From positions 744,001 through 808,000 of the forward strand of contig JAQGDQ010000048.1 of NCBI GenBank assembly GCA_030141605.1: a DNA stretch of 64,000 nucleotides. The letters run 5' to 3'. Positions 23,833 through 38,002 of the stretch are shown here, in pieces (the stretch's first letter is position 1; each line of letters begins with the position of its first letter). The position numbers and the translations under genes were made by a program. This DNA is from Tubiluchus corallicola. Taxonomy: Eukaryota > Animalia > Priapulida. Below the pieces are notes generated by a model. That model saw only the letters and a program-made list of their open reading frames with translations. It had not been told where the DNA came from and did no database searches.

Positions 23833-24803
23833 GTAATTTTTGACTCTTTATTTTGCTGCTGCGGTATGTTCGTAAACTCATCGTCCTTTTTTATATTAGA
23901 GAATTTTAATTCCTCCTAGGAAACGTAGATTTAACAAGCGAATTTAAGGAATATATACAAATCCTAGTCCCATCTTTTATACAAAACGCCTCTTTTCCTT
24001 CGACCATACTGTTTCCATCGTTCGTGCTGTACTTCGTTACTTGAAACTTGCAAATCGTATTAACTGCCTGCCTATTAACATTACTAACAAGAGTTTTTCC
24101 GTACTTGTTAGCAGTTAAATATCTTGAACAAAATATCATAAATAAACCTTTTGGGCGGTCGTTGTTGAATGTTTGGAAGAAATTAATTAGCCTTTTGATT
24201 TTTTTATTTTATTACCAAGCGGCAAGCCTGCTTATGTGGGACAAGCCATTATGTGATGAAATATATCTGATTTCATAAGCTGTTCTAATTGTTGACAAAA
24301 CTTGTAATGGCCCTATAAATTGGTAAGAAAGAACTAGCCAAAATTATCTAAAGCTTATTTTTGTAAAATGAAACTCAAAGAAACATCAGCAATATGCCAG
24401 GTATTAGGAAAGGTTAATTCATATTAAAAACTTTTTGCAGCCCTTATTAAATATAAAAAAAACTTATAATGAATTATTCGCTTTCCTTTCAAATTTGCTT
24501 GAAAAATTTTCAATACTTTTTACTAAAATCAACTTTACTATTGACTTTATTCTGATTTTAATTCTTTACTGTAGCTATAAAAACAATAGTGATCAGAGTC
24601 CTAGAAAAATTCTTATTTGTCTGTTGTTAAAGCCTGGAAAATTGTTTATAGCTTGCTCTTTTATATTTGTTTTTGTAGTAATGTGAAAATATGATGAAAT
24701 TTGCTGAAGCCTATTGCAGATAGAACTGAAACATGAGAATTAATATAGTTTATTTATCATATTTTTACATTTTCATAATTGAATTCTTTCTATTTGTTTA
24801 TAG

Positions 24804-25018
24804 ATGCTCTGTCCACATTGTGTTCTCCGTACTCAGCTGGTTCTTCCTATTTTTCTAACACTCAAAAGAAACAGGGGGCTCCTCACTTGGCTTGCTGAGA
24901 ACGTAACCGTGTCGAGAGATCAAATGGCCTGGCTGCAGCAACCAATCGATTTGAGTCAGGAGGCTATTCGCAGACGTATCCAAAAAAAGGAATTGAAAGC
25001 AAATATTGAGGGTCAGAA
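24804..25018 (+). CDS. DMAC2: DMAC2/ATP5SL exon 2
   Basis: Acceptor tttatag, donor AA|gtaagt (phase 2). Encodes MLCPHCVLRTQLVLPIFLTLKRNRGLLTWL...KANIEGQ, in frame with exon 3. Confidence 0.8.
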
Positions 25019-25719
25019 GTAAGTTAATCTCAGTTCGTGTGTTCTCATGAGTACATGTGAGTGTAGCAAAGTGGTACAGTGGCTTGATTTTTTTGCTTAG
25101 CTTTTGAGATTGGTCATTTTGCAAACCCTGTCACAAGTTATAAATCTTACTGGTGCTTACAGTTGTTAATCCATTACATTAATCATGTTACTGATTAATT
25201 AGTTACAACTGTTGTTCACTTAATTCTAATTTAAATCCCGTGAATTCATTTATTTTTGTTCAAGTTAGCTGCAGAATGCTAAGTGTTAATACCTTTATTT
25301 CATAATGACTCAAGCTGAATGGATGGTAAATGCATTAATGTGGTCCAAAAAATTGTGTATTGTACCTGTTGTTTAGTAGGAGTGTTTGGAACAAAATAAT
25401 TTGACATTGTGCATAGTGATTGTGTAAAAAGATGAGATAGTTGATTCTCTATGGTTTTACAAAAAGATTTCTGTTGACTCACTGTCAAGCAAATTTGTAT
25501 AACCCAAGTTTTCTATTGCTGCTACACATCCAGTTGTGAATTGTCAATAACAATTTCATTTTTGTATTGTAATCATTTTGTTTAATAAAATATTACTCAC
25601 CATGAGTTAACCTTTTTGACAAATTTCTTTGAAATCAAGACATATTTTGGTCTTGAGTATTATTAAACTGTGTTCCTTGTATTTCTTATGAGTACTTTTG
25701 TTGTTTTAACTTGTTTTAG

Positions 25720-25943
25720 ACTTAATACTGATAATTATGAGAGACTTGGGCCAGATCTCAATGCTGCACATTTCATTGTTGCTCGTGGCGGAAGTGTTAA
25801 ATTCACTAGCCAAGACAGATGGTATCGTCAAGACCCCAGGACAGGAAGATACTTTCTTCCAGGTAGAATGATGTCTAATGTGTTCGTGGAGGCCATTGAT
25901 GCTTCGAATACTGACTTACGATTTGAGGGTTTTTGTAATTTTA
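25720..25943 (+). CDS. DMAC2: DMAC2/ATP5SL exon 3
   Basis: LGPDLNAAHFIVARGGSVKF...VFVEAIDASNTDLRFEGFCNF, the ATP5S/DMAC2 family motif. Acceptor ttttag, donor A|gtaagt. Confidence 0.92.
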
Positions 25944-26771
25944 GTAAGTTGTTATATGTTGCTAAATTTTTGAAATTGGTAGTACCTGTTTCATCACTTG
26001 GTTATAACAGTGTGGATATGGTTTTGGATGATGCACTGATGAAGTGATGCAAAAATTTCTCATTTTTTTCCGACCTCTTTTTTCAATTTGTGAACTCTGT
26101 ATTTTATTAGTCTACACATGGCTCTTTTTCTGAAAATATTGTGTAATACATCTTGCATATACTATTGACCATTTCGCTTAATTCTTGAGAATTTTTTATT
26201 CTGTTTATATAATAAGAAGGAGTTACTGTCTGCTCACTTCTATTCAATCATTTTGTTTTGTTAATTTTTTCCTATTTAGTTGAAAAAACTTCATTGGACG
26301 TGCAGGACGAAATAGTTATATAAAAAATTCTGATTTTAATTGCTTGCTTCAGGGAATGAAAAAGTTCAGGGATTTTGAAGTCCAAGTGCACCATTCACAA
26401 GTCCATGTCCAAGTCTGCTGAACTAATGCAAAAAAATGTAGATAGCAAATATAGCATTATTATTATACACTATACAGTATAATAACACAATAGGTAGTTA
26501 ATTATAAATGCAAACAGTGACATTATTTCAACACTTTTATTACATCAAAATGTTTACAATAATTCTAATCCTGCACTGTTCACATTTATATGCAAGATAA
26601 ATTCAGGCAGTGATAAATTTATATGTAAGATAAATTCAGGAATTCTGATGAGAGTGTTGTTCTATGGCTTCTTAGATATACATTTCTTGAGTCCGAGTCT
26701 GAGTTCTAGAAAAACTTGCTCGAGTGCATACGAGTATTATATACTTTGCTTTACAACTGATTTTTTTATAG

Positions 26772-26931
26772 GAAACATTGAGCTAAAGTGGTTGAGCTTA
26801 GAGAACTGTATCAATGTTGATGATTGGTGCATTGCCCACTTGTGGCACTGGCGTGACAGTCTCGTGTACTTAAATGTAAGGGGCTGCCCTTTGGTAACTG
26901 AATGTGGACTCGCCTCATTGCATCGACTAAG
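26772..26931 (+). CDS. DMAC2: DMAC2/ATP5SL exon 4 (LRR-like)
   Basis: LKWLSLENCINVDDWCIAHL...SLVYLNVRGCPLVTECGLASLHRL. Acceptor tttatag, donor AG|gttagt. Confidence 0.92.
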
Positions 26932-27517
26932 GTTAGTAAAATTCTGAGAAAGCTTATTGATATGTATTTTCCATGCTTCTTATTTTACCATTGTCAAATT
27001 GCTCTTAGATGTTTAGAATTTTTTCTGGGAGCAAAATAAAGTCTTCAGTGATAATTCTAGGATGCAATTTCAAAATATAGATAATAGCTAATTCCATTAT
27101 TTTATTAGATAGCCTTCGAATGGCTTAAAAAGATTTATTGTTTAAGATGAGCTGGAGCTATATCGCATGTTACACAATACTTAAAATAATTTCCATTATA
27201 TTATAGCTAGGAATATATTATTGTATTAATATCCTTAACTACTAAATTTAACTGAGCACACTAGTAAAAAACTTGCAGCAAAAGTATGGTGAAATTTGGA
27301 CATATTAATGAGATTTTGTTGATATTGTACATTGAACTTTAGAACAGGCTATTTTGTATGCGTTACTATTTTGTATTAAATTATTGAATATAAGATGCTA
27401 AATTCATTTTCTCTAATTTCAGACTTGTTGTCAATAAAGTAATCAACAAAATTAATTTATTAAAACATGAAAACTGTTACTATTCACTGAGACGCCTTTA
27501 CTTTTATTTTTTTGAAG

Positions 27518-27926
27518 GAAATTGAATCATTTAGTAATGGATGAACTACCTGCAGTGAGTCACCCTCCATTAGTAACTATTTTGATTGAGGAAATGTTGC
27601 CAAAATGTTTAGTCGAAGGTGCTGATTATATAAGCATTGCCGCTGCAGAGGACATGAAAACACAAAGACAATTGGAAGAAACTACTGTACAAACCAAAAT
27701 GCCAAATTTATTGATAAGTGAGCAATCTATTGCCATTGCTGCAGATGTAAAAGAGCCTGAATTGTTAGATAGTGAAGTTTATGGTGATATTGCAAAACCT
27801 GTACATTCAAATGTAGCCGAAAAGCAGCAGCTGGAATCATCAAGTAAAGAAGTAAAGGATGACACACTGGTGAAAGAAAGCCCTTCTAGTCAAAATGCGG
27901 GGAAGCTGCATAAAAGATCTATTTAA
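27518..27926 (+). CDS. DMAC2: DMAC2/ATP5SL exon 5 (last)
   Basis: KLNHLVMDELPAVSHPPLVTILIEEMLPKCLVEG closely resembles vertebrate DMAC2 [24 protein letters not shown]. Uses an AAG acceptor. Exons sum to 1029 nt = 342 aa + stop. Confidence 0.9.
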
Positions 27927-29888
27927 TAATAATTTTAGCATTGATAATGCTATTGATATTCTCTAGTAACTTGTACTTGCAAGAAAGCAAGTGTGACAGA
28001 AGTTCAAGTTTTTTTCAGCTATTGATGAGTGCATGTGTGATGAGAATAATTTGTATTGACAATTGTTTAGGCTGTAATTGTTCTTGTCAGTCAGTTATTA
28101 TACCATAAGATTATTTTAGTTATTTTTATAAATTAAACATGAAAATGATGTGTATGAAAAATGTCTGGGAAATTATTCTCCTCTTCTTCCATCTTGTTGT
28201 TTCTCTTTCTGTAGCTTTTTAACAACATCTCCGTAGCGGCACAGTCAACTGCTTTATTAAGGTAGCCAAGAAGAAAAGGTGTGTTAGTAAGATTTGACAG
28301 TTTAACACATTAATAGTTTAGTAGTATTTTGTGTATTTGCTGATATATTTTTATTATTTTAAGATCAATAGAGACAATAAAAGTTAAAAGTTAATGAAAA
28401 TCCAACTGTGCAGTATGGTGAAATTATCGAGTTACCAAAATAGCATGAAATATAAGAGAAATTGATTTATTTAACAGTGTGATAAATTACTTATTACAGT
28501 AGAATGTAGAGGAAAACTCAGCAATTAAGACAACTATATTTATATGACTCATACGATTTGAAAAATATAAGTTGTATAGATTATTAAAATCTGTTTAGTA
28601 AATGCAACATACATTGCAAAATAACTGCAAAATAATTAAAATGAATTTCAGAAACCTAACAAAGTTACATCAAAACAATTATTACTGCCCATGTAGTTGT
28701 GTGGAGTGTAAATAAAAGGAAAATATCTATTTACACATCAGACATTAATTTATTATGTGTAATTAATTACTATTTGACGTAACAAGTTAGCGTTAGAACA
28801 TCTTGCGGATATATTTCGTGAATTTGCTGGTATATTGTCAAATATTCCTGTTTTGCGCAATAGGTGGCAGTACGTAATCATTTCAAAATGAGTAATGCAC
28901 ACGAAGCTGCAGTAGTCAACGATTCTTTAATTTTCTATACAATTTTGACAAAAAAACCCTCACCAGGCGTAACTATATCATCTCATGCGATCGTTCGGTG
29001 TCTCATTTAACTTTTTTTTGCAAAGTTTCACTGCAGGAATTATTTAGGCCTAAATAGTTCCGACGGACCTTGAATTCAACTTCCAGTATTGAAGGCGTCG
29101 TTTAGTGGGCGTGTATGAAAGGCGTGGCTAAATTACGAGCTCATTTCTCGTTCATCTAAGAAACCACATGCGTAGTTAGTTATATGGTGTTGCAAGCGCT
29201 TTTAAGAAATTTACTTTCTAACTTAATTCGTATTATAATTGCGCGAATTAGAAACAAAATAAGAAAATGAAGCAGAAATTTCTAAATACCTAATATAAAT
29301 TTGATAGGATTTATAATTATTATAATTTAATTTTTTTAATCATTAAAATTTCAAATTTTATAGGTAAATTTTCTTTTAAAAACTGATGGAGTGTTTATGT
29401 TTGTGATATAAAAATTGTTATTCAATTATTTGTCACTAATGTTTTTGTGGATTTTTACAATGTATTAGTTATTAATAATTTACTCAATATTTTACTTTTA
29501 TTGTTGAAATTTTTTAGTTTTTATTCATTCATTCTTAACCCTACTTTTTAAAAAAAAATGCTAATTATATTTGACTGATCATAACTGTGCAAAACAGTCT
29601 TGCGGCGGCAAGTTTATGAAATTTAATGTTTTTATTTTTAGCAAACGTTTTTAATAAATAAGCTTTCCGTAAAAATGGTAATCGAATAAAAATATTCTGG
29701 TACCTATTTATTGCACACGGAATCTGAAAACCATGTAACATTCAAGGGTTTTTAGGATTGTTTTGTGATTTTTTAAATATCTTTCCAAAATATTTCCGTT
29801 TTCAGCCGTCGCTTAATGCTCTTTCTTTGTCTCACTGTAATTTACTGGCGCAACCAGACGCGCGTGTGAGCAGATCGAGCTCGAACTT

Positions 29889-29939
29889 TGATTGATTGGT
29901 TATTAGCGTTGCCATGACAACGGGGTTGCTGATTGACAG
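29889..29939 (+). promoter_or_regulatory. Motif cluster in the putative Meis promoter: TGATTGAT / reverse CCAAT / X-box / TGATTGACAG
   Basis: TGATTGAT 29889-29896, ATTGG 29895-29899, GTTGCCATGACAAC 29908-29921 and TGATTGACAG 29930-29939. The cluster sits in a CpG-richer patch ~320-370 bp upstream of the ATG. Confidence 0.6.
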
Positions 29940-30256
29940 CCGGAGAGGAATCCCTTGGCAGGGTTGGACATGGAGTGTTTCTGACGGGTAGACGGTGCAC
30001 GTACTACCTGAGCGTATGTAAACTTTGCAGCGAGATGTGGCAAGCCATCACTATCAGTCTTGATCAAATTCAACCGTCTTGTACTTGACATGTGATCAAA
30101 TTGTGTTGGATATGCAGCACCTACTGTAGAATATTTGGTACTGTACAGTGCGTCCGTGCTGGATTGTTGACAATATCAAAATGAGTTGTGTACAAACGCG
30201 TGTTGAATATTGTTTGTATTTGTGTTATTGATAACGCGGCGTAGTTTATAGAAACA

Positions 30257-30519
30257 ATGTATCAAGGTTACGACGAGGCGGCGTCCGGAATGCCGGGTTA
30301 TCCTGGATCGACGATAACCGACATGCAGTCCGCCGCTGCCATGTACGCAGATCCACATCGTCAACATCTCGGACACGGGACTCAACATTTAAATCATCAC
30401 ACACCTCACTCTTTACCTCACCATCATCACCAATATCCCACAAGTCACAATGCAATGTCACATAGTGTTATGGGAAATGTACCAGACTGCGATAAGCGAG
30501 TAAAGGATAGTATTTACGG
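30257..30519 (+). CDS. MEIS: Meis/homothorax TALE transcription factor, first visible coding exon
   Basis: MYQGYDE...AMYADPHR...HLNH...HQYP...NAMSHSVMG...DKRVKDSIYG parallels the Meis1 N-terminus (YDD..MYGDPH..HLNH..HQYP..NAM..KRDKDAIYG). Donor GG|gtaagc, phase 2. Confidence 0.92.
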
Positions 30520-31703
30520 GTAAGCGTATAGCTGTTATTACGTAATTAATGATAAGTTTTGTTCGCTACCGCGTGTGAGCTACCGTACTTACGCAACGTC
30601 ACACCCGTCGGCCCCTTTTTACTGATTAACACTGAAAAAACACGTTTAAGATATGCTATCTAACACTGCAATAAAACATTTTAAGAATTTTTACTAGATA
30701 CTACCCTAGCAATGTTCGAAGTGAAAATTTGCACTTTTTCCGCCATAAAACCCGCCACGACCACTCGTAATCTTTAAACTATACTAAATAATTATTTCTT
30801 GCTGAAAGTGCGCTTGAGTTGTGACATCTATAGTAATTACCCAAACTTGATCAATTTCGCTGATCTCCTTTTTGCTTGCGTTTATCGCAAGTAACGATAT
30901 AAGTCTGTACTAAAATTTATGATGAATTTGTTAAATAAAACACTGTAGTAAGCTATTAATTTTGTATATACGGTAGATTAGTGGACCATCTTTTGTTCTT
31001 TTTTAATAAGGACAGCCGTCAGACGTGTGCAAATTATTTTGTTATATTAGGTTCTCATACTGACGACTGATATTTAAGCGCTTCTTTCGCATTGATATAG
31101 ATTCAGGAAGCGATACTCTTAAAACTAAAATTTTGACGAAAAATGAGCCAATTTCAGTTGCTGTTGGGTAGCCTACGTATATTCATTATAAGTTTATACG
31201 CACTGCCCTTATAAAGTTATTAATTTTATTTTTCAGGCGAAACTATTCGAAAAAAAGCTGCACATTATGTGCAATTTATGTTTCTCACGTAAATAACTAA
31301 CTAGTTTTATTTGTTAATGATAAATTGATGACAAATAAATAAATTTCAACAAAAACGGTTTGTGTTAATCTAATTTTGTGTTTAATAGACAACTTAACGA
31401 AAGCGCTTAATCAAATGCATACATTAAATTTTGTTTAAATTTGGAGAAAAACGCTATTAAAAATGCCCAAATTCACCGAAACGCAATTTTGTTCAAATTT
31501 ATGCTTTATGAATAACTAAGCCATTTTAATGAAGTGCTGCACCTTACTTATAAAAATGAGTAAATACTAGCGCCTGAACGGCTTATTTTCCTCTTGTCTT
31601 TAGTGCTAATGTCATTTGGTCTGTGCTAAATACTCGTGAAAACATATAACCACTCACTCAATACACTAGGGAAAACCACACAATAATAGCGCTCTAACAT
31701 TAA

Positions 31704-31874
<171 letters not shown>

Positions 31875-34863
31875 TAATAACAATAATATCCAAATTTACT
31901 ATAATACGGCAATAATTAAATTGGTAGATCTTAACCAATAAATAAATAGCTTTATAAATAAAAGAATGACAATTAACAAATAAAATATTAAATAAAAAAA
32001 TTGATATGATGATTAATCTTTTATTTTAAATATGATGAAAAATTTTCATCATATATAAATAAATAAAGCTAAAGGAGAAATGAACTGTAAAGAAATTATA
32101 GGAATGTTTATTGTTGCTGGATAATAGTTATAGACAGTAATACAGGATAATGTACAAGCAGTGAAGTGCCCACGCAAGTTACTGTTATTTCGGTTCTTAT
32201 AATAACATATAGGAAAATGCTTATTATATATATTCGTGTCTAATAAGAACATTTGCTCATAATTTTCCCTTTTTTCAGTGAACTTTATTGCTTTTTTCCT
32301 TGAGAACAAAAATTGCGACATGATGATTTAAAACTATTAGTTTTATTGTGGAGTGTGACCTGGATAGCACTTTTCGCGACTTTAATTGTGTAACGTGACC
32401 CGTCAAAATTTTAATGTGTATGCAATTGTTCAAAAATTTTTAGAGACAGTCTCAACATTGATGTACTTATCGCCCTAGTAGAGTACTAAATGTACGTAAA
32501 AAATCTAAGACAACTTAATTTACTTAGCTCTGCAGCTTTGTATATATCCTTGATACAGTCTTTGATATGTAAACAAGTGAAAGGTGAACATTTTTCATGT
32601 ATATTTAGATCCAAACTATCTGGCTATGGTGGAAAATATTGGTGAAACATTTCATTCATAGAACGTCTAAATAATGCTGCATAATTGCACATAGACTTAT
32701 TTATTCCATGTAGTGTATTTACAAATAAATATGCATAGTTATTTTTGTACATTATATTAATGGTACAACGTAACAATATTTTGACTCTGTATTAGAGATT
32801 TAACAAGACTAGTTTATGGTCTAGAAACAAATAAATACAATCACAAATGAATAAGTAAAAAACAGTGATCTAAAATCTATTCTATGATATAGTGTAAAGT
32901 ACAATATAATAATCTAATTATGCGCTGTAAGTGCCATAATCTGACGAAGTTTTATGTTTGATCAACACAATAAATTTCATAGAAAATAATCAACAAAAAA
33001 TAAATGAATTATTCAGAATTTAGGTACTGTCCCTTTTAAATCATTAAGCTTGGTTTACGTGGCATCTTGGTCTGAATATGAACTATTGTTAAAGGACAAA
33101 AAACCAACCCCTTACTTACGACAAGTTAAAACAATCATCTTGAAATTTTGTATCAACTAGGCTACATTCTGCCTTATTGCGCACACAGCTTATATTAGCA
33201 GCACATATAAAGCTTAAAAATTTAAAGTCAAGTGCAGCCATTTTGAAGATGGGTCGTTTGAAACAAATTTATATAACTGTGTGTAAAGTCTGAAAAAATG
33301 ATCAGAGCATTCGTAGCGCACACTTCGCTAACTAAGTACGAGAATAAATTACTTTGTCTTGTCAATAAGATTATTAGTATGTTTTTTTGTGATCCAGTAA
33401 CGTTTCACCAATTGGTGCAAACGGTGTAAATTTAAAAGAATTTTCTTTTCTAGTTGCTTAAGATTTTCAAAAAAGTAAACGTAAACGTAATGCAAAACAT
33501 AACTTTGTATGGAAAGCTTTTAGGGACAAACGTTAAAATTGCCTTTTCTTCCCCTTGAAACATTAAGGTGTCGGTCTGAATACGCTTTCAAAACATAGGC
33601 ATCGTGTTTTTACACTATTTACTATTTTAGTATAATTTGTCTTCGAAGTTTGAAACAAAATAAAAATACATAATCATTATTTTCGTAGGCACAGCCTTAA
33701 TATTGCTCATGGCTATATAATCCTGCTGTTTACTTTTTACCAACTTATAAATGTATGTATTTTTGTGCCTAATAATTTAATAAAATAAATAAATAAACAA
33801 ATAGTAGCCAATCACCTAAACAAAAATTACAGTAATCTTAGACATTATAATGAAATAGAAAATGAGTGCAAAGCAAGTTGCATTCCACCTATATTGATCA
33901 CGCTGCACATCAGATTATTTGCCAACTTGTGTCTAATGGCGACAGCTTGAGCGCAATTTTTTCTGTCAATTTAACACTTACTGTACCTAGCTGAGCGCTA
34001 CTTTCAATGATTACAGGCCTCACTGTTGAACTTCGGTAAATTATAGTATAGCGTGACCGACAGACGTATCTTTAGCTGAGATTACGAGTGTACATTACGC
34101 AATGTGTGGTGACTACAGTGCTACTGGTCATTTCAAGTAGCCGGTACTCATGCATCTAGAGGTCACACGTGTGGCTACTGTTTCAGAATTGAATAGCAAT
34201 AATCAGATAACTGAATACTCATTGTAGAATTCGCGAAAACTTATCTTTTAATCGTGGTATAATAAAAAATTAACTGTATTGGTGTATATTTTAAGAACTG
34301 TAAATAAGCAAGTAAACAAGCAAATAAATAAACAAATAAGTGAATAAATAAATGAGTGAATAAAACAAATAAGGCAGAACACATTTGATTATATTCCTTG
34401 TAGATTAGGTCATGCGGCATCATTTTGAATCATTTTTTAGGTTTTTTTTACGTATAATGCTTAAATGACCCTGTTATAATTATAGTGTACAATTAGCACA
34501 AGCTGTTGCAGAGTTAAAATGCTGCTTATTACGCTTTATAAAAAAATTTTTGATGTAAAATTCATCACGAATTTACGATTCACTGATTAAAAGCTTTAAC
34601 ACAATGCACACGAATGTAACAGCTGCACTGTAAACAGTTTTTCTTCGTATACATTCCATGGAAAAGTTCATATACATTGTCATCGTCAAAATATTAACCT
34701 GATCACATTTACATTATTAAAGCATTAATAACGCACAATATTGTATGTAATTGAGATCACAAGAACCTAAGGATGAAAAGTATGCAACATTTCTTTAATT
34801 AAAATGCAGGACAATTAAATTAAACCAATCAAATTTATTTTACATGTGTAAATTTTGTTACAG

Positions 34864-34914
34864 ATTCGACAAGAACGGCCATATTATAACTCAAATCCAG
34901 AGCTGGATAGCTTA
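34864..34914 (+). CDS. MEIS: Meis/hth 51-nt exon
   Basis: ttacag|IRQERPYYNSNPELDSL|gtaagt (family: IRAEKPLFSSNPELDNL). Confidence 0.95.
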
Positions 34915-35839
34915 GTAAGTACTTGCTGAACAATTTCCTACATTTGTTTTCTGTTTAAGTGCTCTGTTATGTTTCACGAATTCACGTGTATATGGGGGTG
35001 GGGTTATGCGTTTCTTGCTTAGTTTATTTTACACTGAAAATTCTGTATTACTAGTATTTGAACTTTTAATTGGATTTTGGACTTAGGAGTCAAGACTTAC
35101 ATGATAGCCCACATAATATCAATAAAAAATATTTTTGTATTTGAAGGAGAGTATAAAATTTGTATAAGTTGTGAAAAGACTTAATTGTGAAAGGTACACC
35201 GTTAGACGTCAAAGACTCGGTTCCGTTTAGGCATAGTGCTAGTACATACAACATAGAGCAGTACTGTATGGTAACAATAACATAATAAATGGTAAATGTG
35301 TCCTGAATTGAGGAAGAGACAAATTTAACTTAATTGTATGGTTAGCCAAGAATAACTAAGAGTAATGCTAACATTTTTATCAAAAAAACGCTGTGCTTTT
35401 AGATACAGCTTGTACTATACAGTGATTTATATGTATTAAAATTTTTAAATTCTACGAAAGTTTAGTCCCAATAATTTCTATTTTTTTCAAATATTTTTTA
35501 ATTTTTAATGCATGCAGTCAGTTAATTTAGTTTAAACGTAATTTTATTGCAATAACAAAATTACAATATGGTAGAACAAGACAGTTTTAGAACGTTCTTG
35601 CCAATGGAACGTAACACATAAGAGAGTGTAGACGATAAACAACAAACAGTAGCAGCTATACAGTTTGGCTACTAGCAATATAGATGTGTTCTAAGTATAA
35701 TGTTGAAAATGTTATTATGAAAACAACGTAAACTAATACAATAGTTAGAAGCGCTTTGTAAGTACTGTAATGTAAATTTGTGTACAAGTTTAAATACTTG
35801 AATATAAACAGATGCATGTAGATGTTGATGCCATGAAGA

Positions 35840-36490
35840 AGCAAAAAAGCAAGTTTATTTATTGACAAATTATCAATTCTAATATCATAAGGAAATAACA
35901 GAGTTTGTTAAGTAAGACATCTCGAGCCTGGAGATATAACCGCCAGCTGATTAGGAAATGACTACTTGTTTCAAAAGAAGCACCGTATCCACCATATTTT
36001 TAGATCTTTAACTCAGGTAAAAGTTAAGTTAAGAAAAGAAAACCCAGATTCGTATGTGAAGTACGGCTGGGCTACGATCACCACAGGAGTAATATTTTGG
36101 GCGTTTGTTGACCAAACACTTTTTTAAATCTAACTTAAATGACGATAAGGACACACTATTACGAATACGGAGAAAAAGAACTTTCCAATAATTTGTAGCG
36201 GAAACAAAAGACGAATAATAATTAAACTTTCTAAAATCATCGTTTTTGCGTAGTGTATATGGCGTGATATTTTTGACTCTTTGTGGCAATATCACGCAAA
36301 CATCGAGGGGGTAACTGATTGACATTTTTGTACAGAAAACGTAAACGAAAATGGATATTGGATCAAAACCTGCCTCGTAAAGTATGTTGTCGTGACTGGA
36401 TCCAGACATTGCGCCAGTATAAATTCGAGCTGCATTTAATTGAATATTTTCAAGAAGAGGCAGAGAGAGCTACTACCACAACCATATCAC
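35840..36490 (-). mobile_element. Decayed CR1/L2-type LINE 3' fragment in a Meis intron
   Basis: Minus-strand translation with frameshifts: ENIQLNAARIYTGAMSGSSHDNILYEAGFDPI...PYTLRK...SSF...IRNSVSLSSFK...PKYYSCGDRSPAVLHIRI...GASFETSSHFLISWRLYLQARDVL. This is the characteristic post-RT C-terminus of invertebrate CR1-group LINEs. Confidence 0.8.
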
Positions 36491-37864
36491 ACAATGTTAC
36501 CGTATACAATAATTGGGCAATAATTAGAATAAATGCTCACATGTTGGCTGGGGTATTATGTAAGAAAGTTGTTTCAAGAATCGCAGTTTTAATTGAGCTG
36601 CATCAACTAATTCGTTAATAACATGATAGTCCTATTTTAAATTGCTTGACAAAATTAATAAATGCCCAAATGCTTATGATGATTTATGTGAGTAAGAATG
36701 GAGTTATTTAAATATAAAGGAGGGTGATTTACTGATGGACCTTACGTGTGAAAAGAACTGCGTCAGTTTTTTTGAGGATTAAAATTCACAAGCTACTTAC
36801 AAGACCCGCTACTCACAAGACCCGTATTGCTGACATCAAGGAAGACAGCACAAGTTATGAAACCAGAATTACATTTTCATAAATTTTATGCACAATAGAA
36901 ACTAACTGATTAATTGTGTTATCATGTGAGCTAAAGTCACAATTATGTTCAGTTAACAAATTGTTATGAAATCCCATGTAATTATAAGGTTCTTTAAACA
37001 CAATTCTAATATTTTATAGGTACAAGAAATAACAAGAAATGCAGTCAGTTAGTAGCGTTCCATAGACTAAATATTTAAATTTTTTATTTTAAAAAACTGT
37101 ATGTAAAGAGAGAGAGAGAGAGAAAAATTGAATACATTGCTTTTATTGATTGCATGTTCACTGTATACTCTTATCAGCCTAAGTTTTCAATTAATCGCAT
37201 TGGTATTTAGCTCTTTTCTGCATGGTAGAACAGAATTATTTATGAACTTTTTGAGATGCAAGAGGGGCTGCTGTATTTAAAAAGGTAAAAAACTAAAGTT
37301 ATTTATTTCTGTACATTCAGAACATGTTAACAGTATATATGCTAGCAGACGCGTAAATTTAGCCTGTTGTACTTGTTTTTGTTAGACAACGCAAAGTTAG
37401 TTTTATAGAGAAAATGACAATGTAGCAGAAATTACATGGTTTGCTGTACACACTTATTACGTATGGAAAAATGGTACCAAGTTCTTTAAAATTAGACTTT
37501 AATAATTGTTATTTGGGTGAATTATAGTGGTTGTTTCTGCCAGTAATTCTTGACTTGGCAAATTGCTGGTAATAATACGTGCTGTACAGATGGAAAGCCC
37601 TCTATGAAGTGTCCAAGTGCATTATGCAAATTCTGAATCGTTAATGCAATTTGCACTACCTTGTGGTTCACTCAGCGCTAATGGTATACAGTCTGTGTGA
37701 TGTTGAGCCTTTGATTCTAATCTTGGCGATTCCTTGAATAAAAATCATGAGCTTCTGGGGAGAGAAAGCCGATAGACAAAATTAGAAGAACTGAGGAGAA
37801 ATGGAAGGAATTAAGTGACTCGGTGAAAGAACGAGTGAACTAAAGAGAATGAGAGATGATGATG

Positions 37865-38002
<138 letters not shown>

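Noticed and set aside
24368-24412. Alternative DMAC2 start MKLKETSAICQ(VLGK) with possible donors
   Set aside because: Frame-compatible but with weaker donors and less like a presequence than MAALARK at 23812. Not excluded without RNA data.
33088-33360. Kolobok-like MITE starting ttaa|aggacaaa
   Set aside because: The matching right end and TTAA TSD are not intact.
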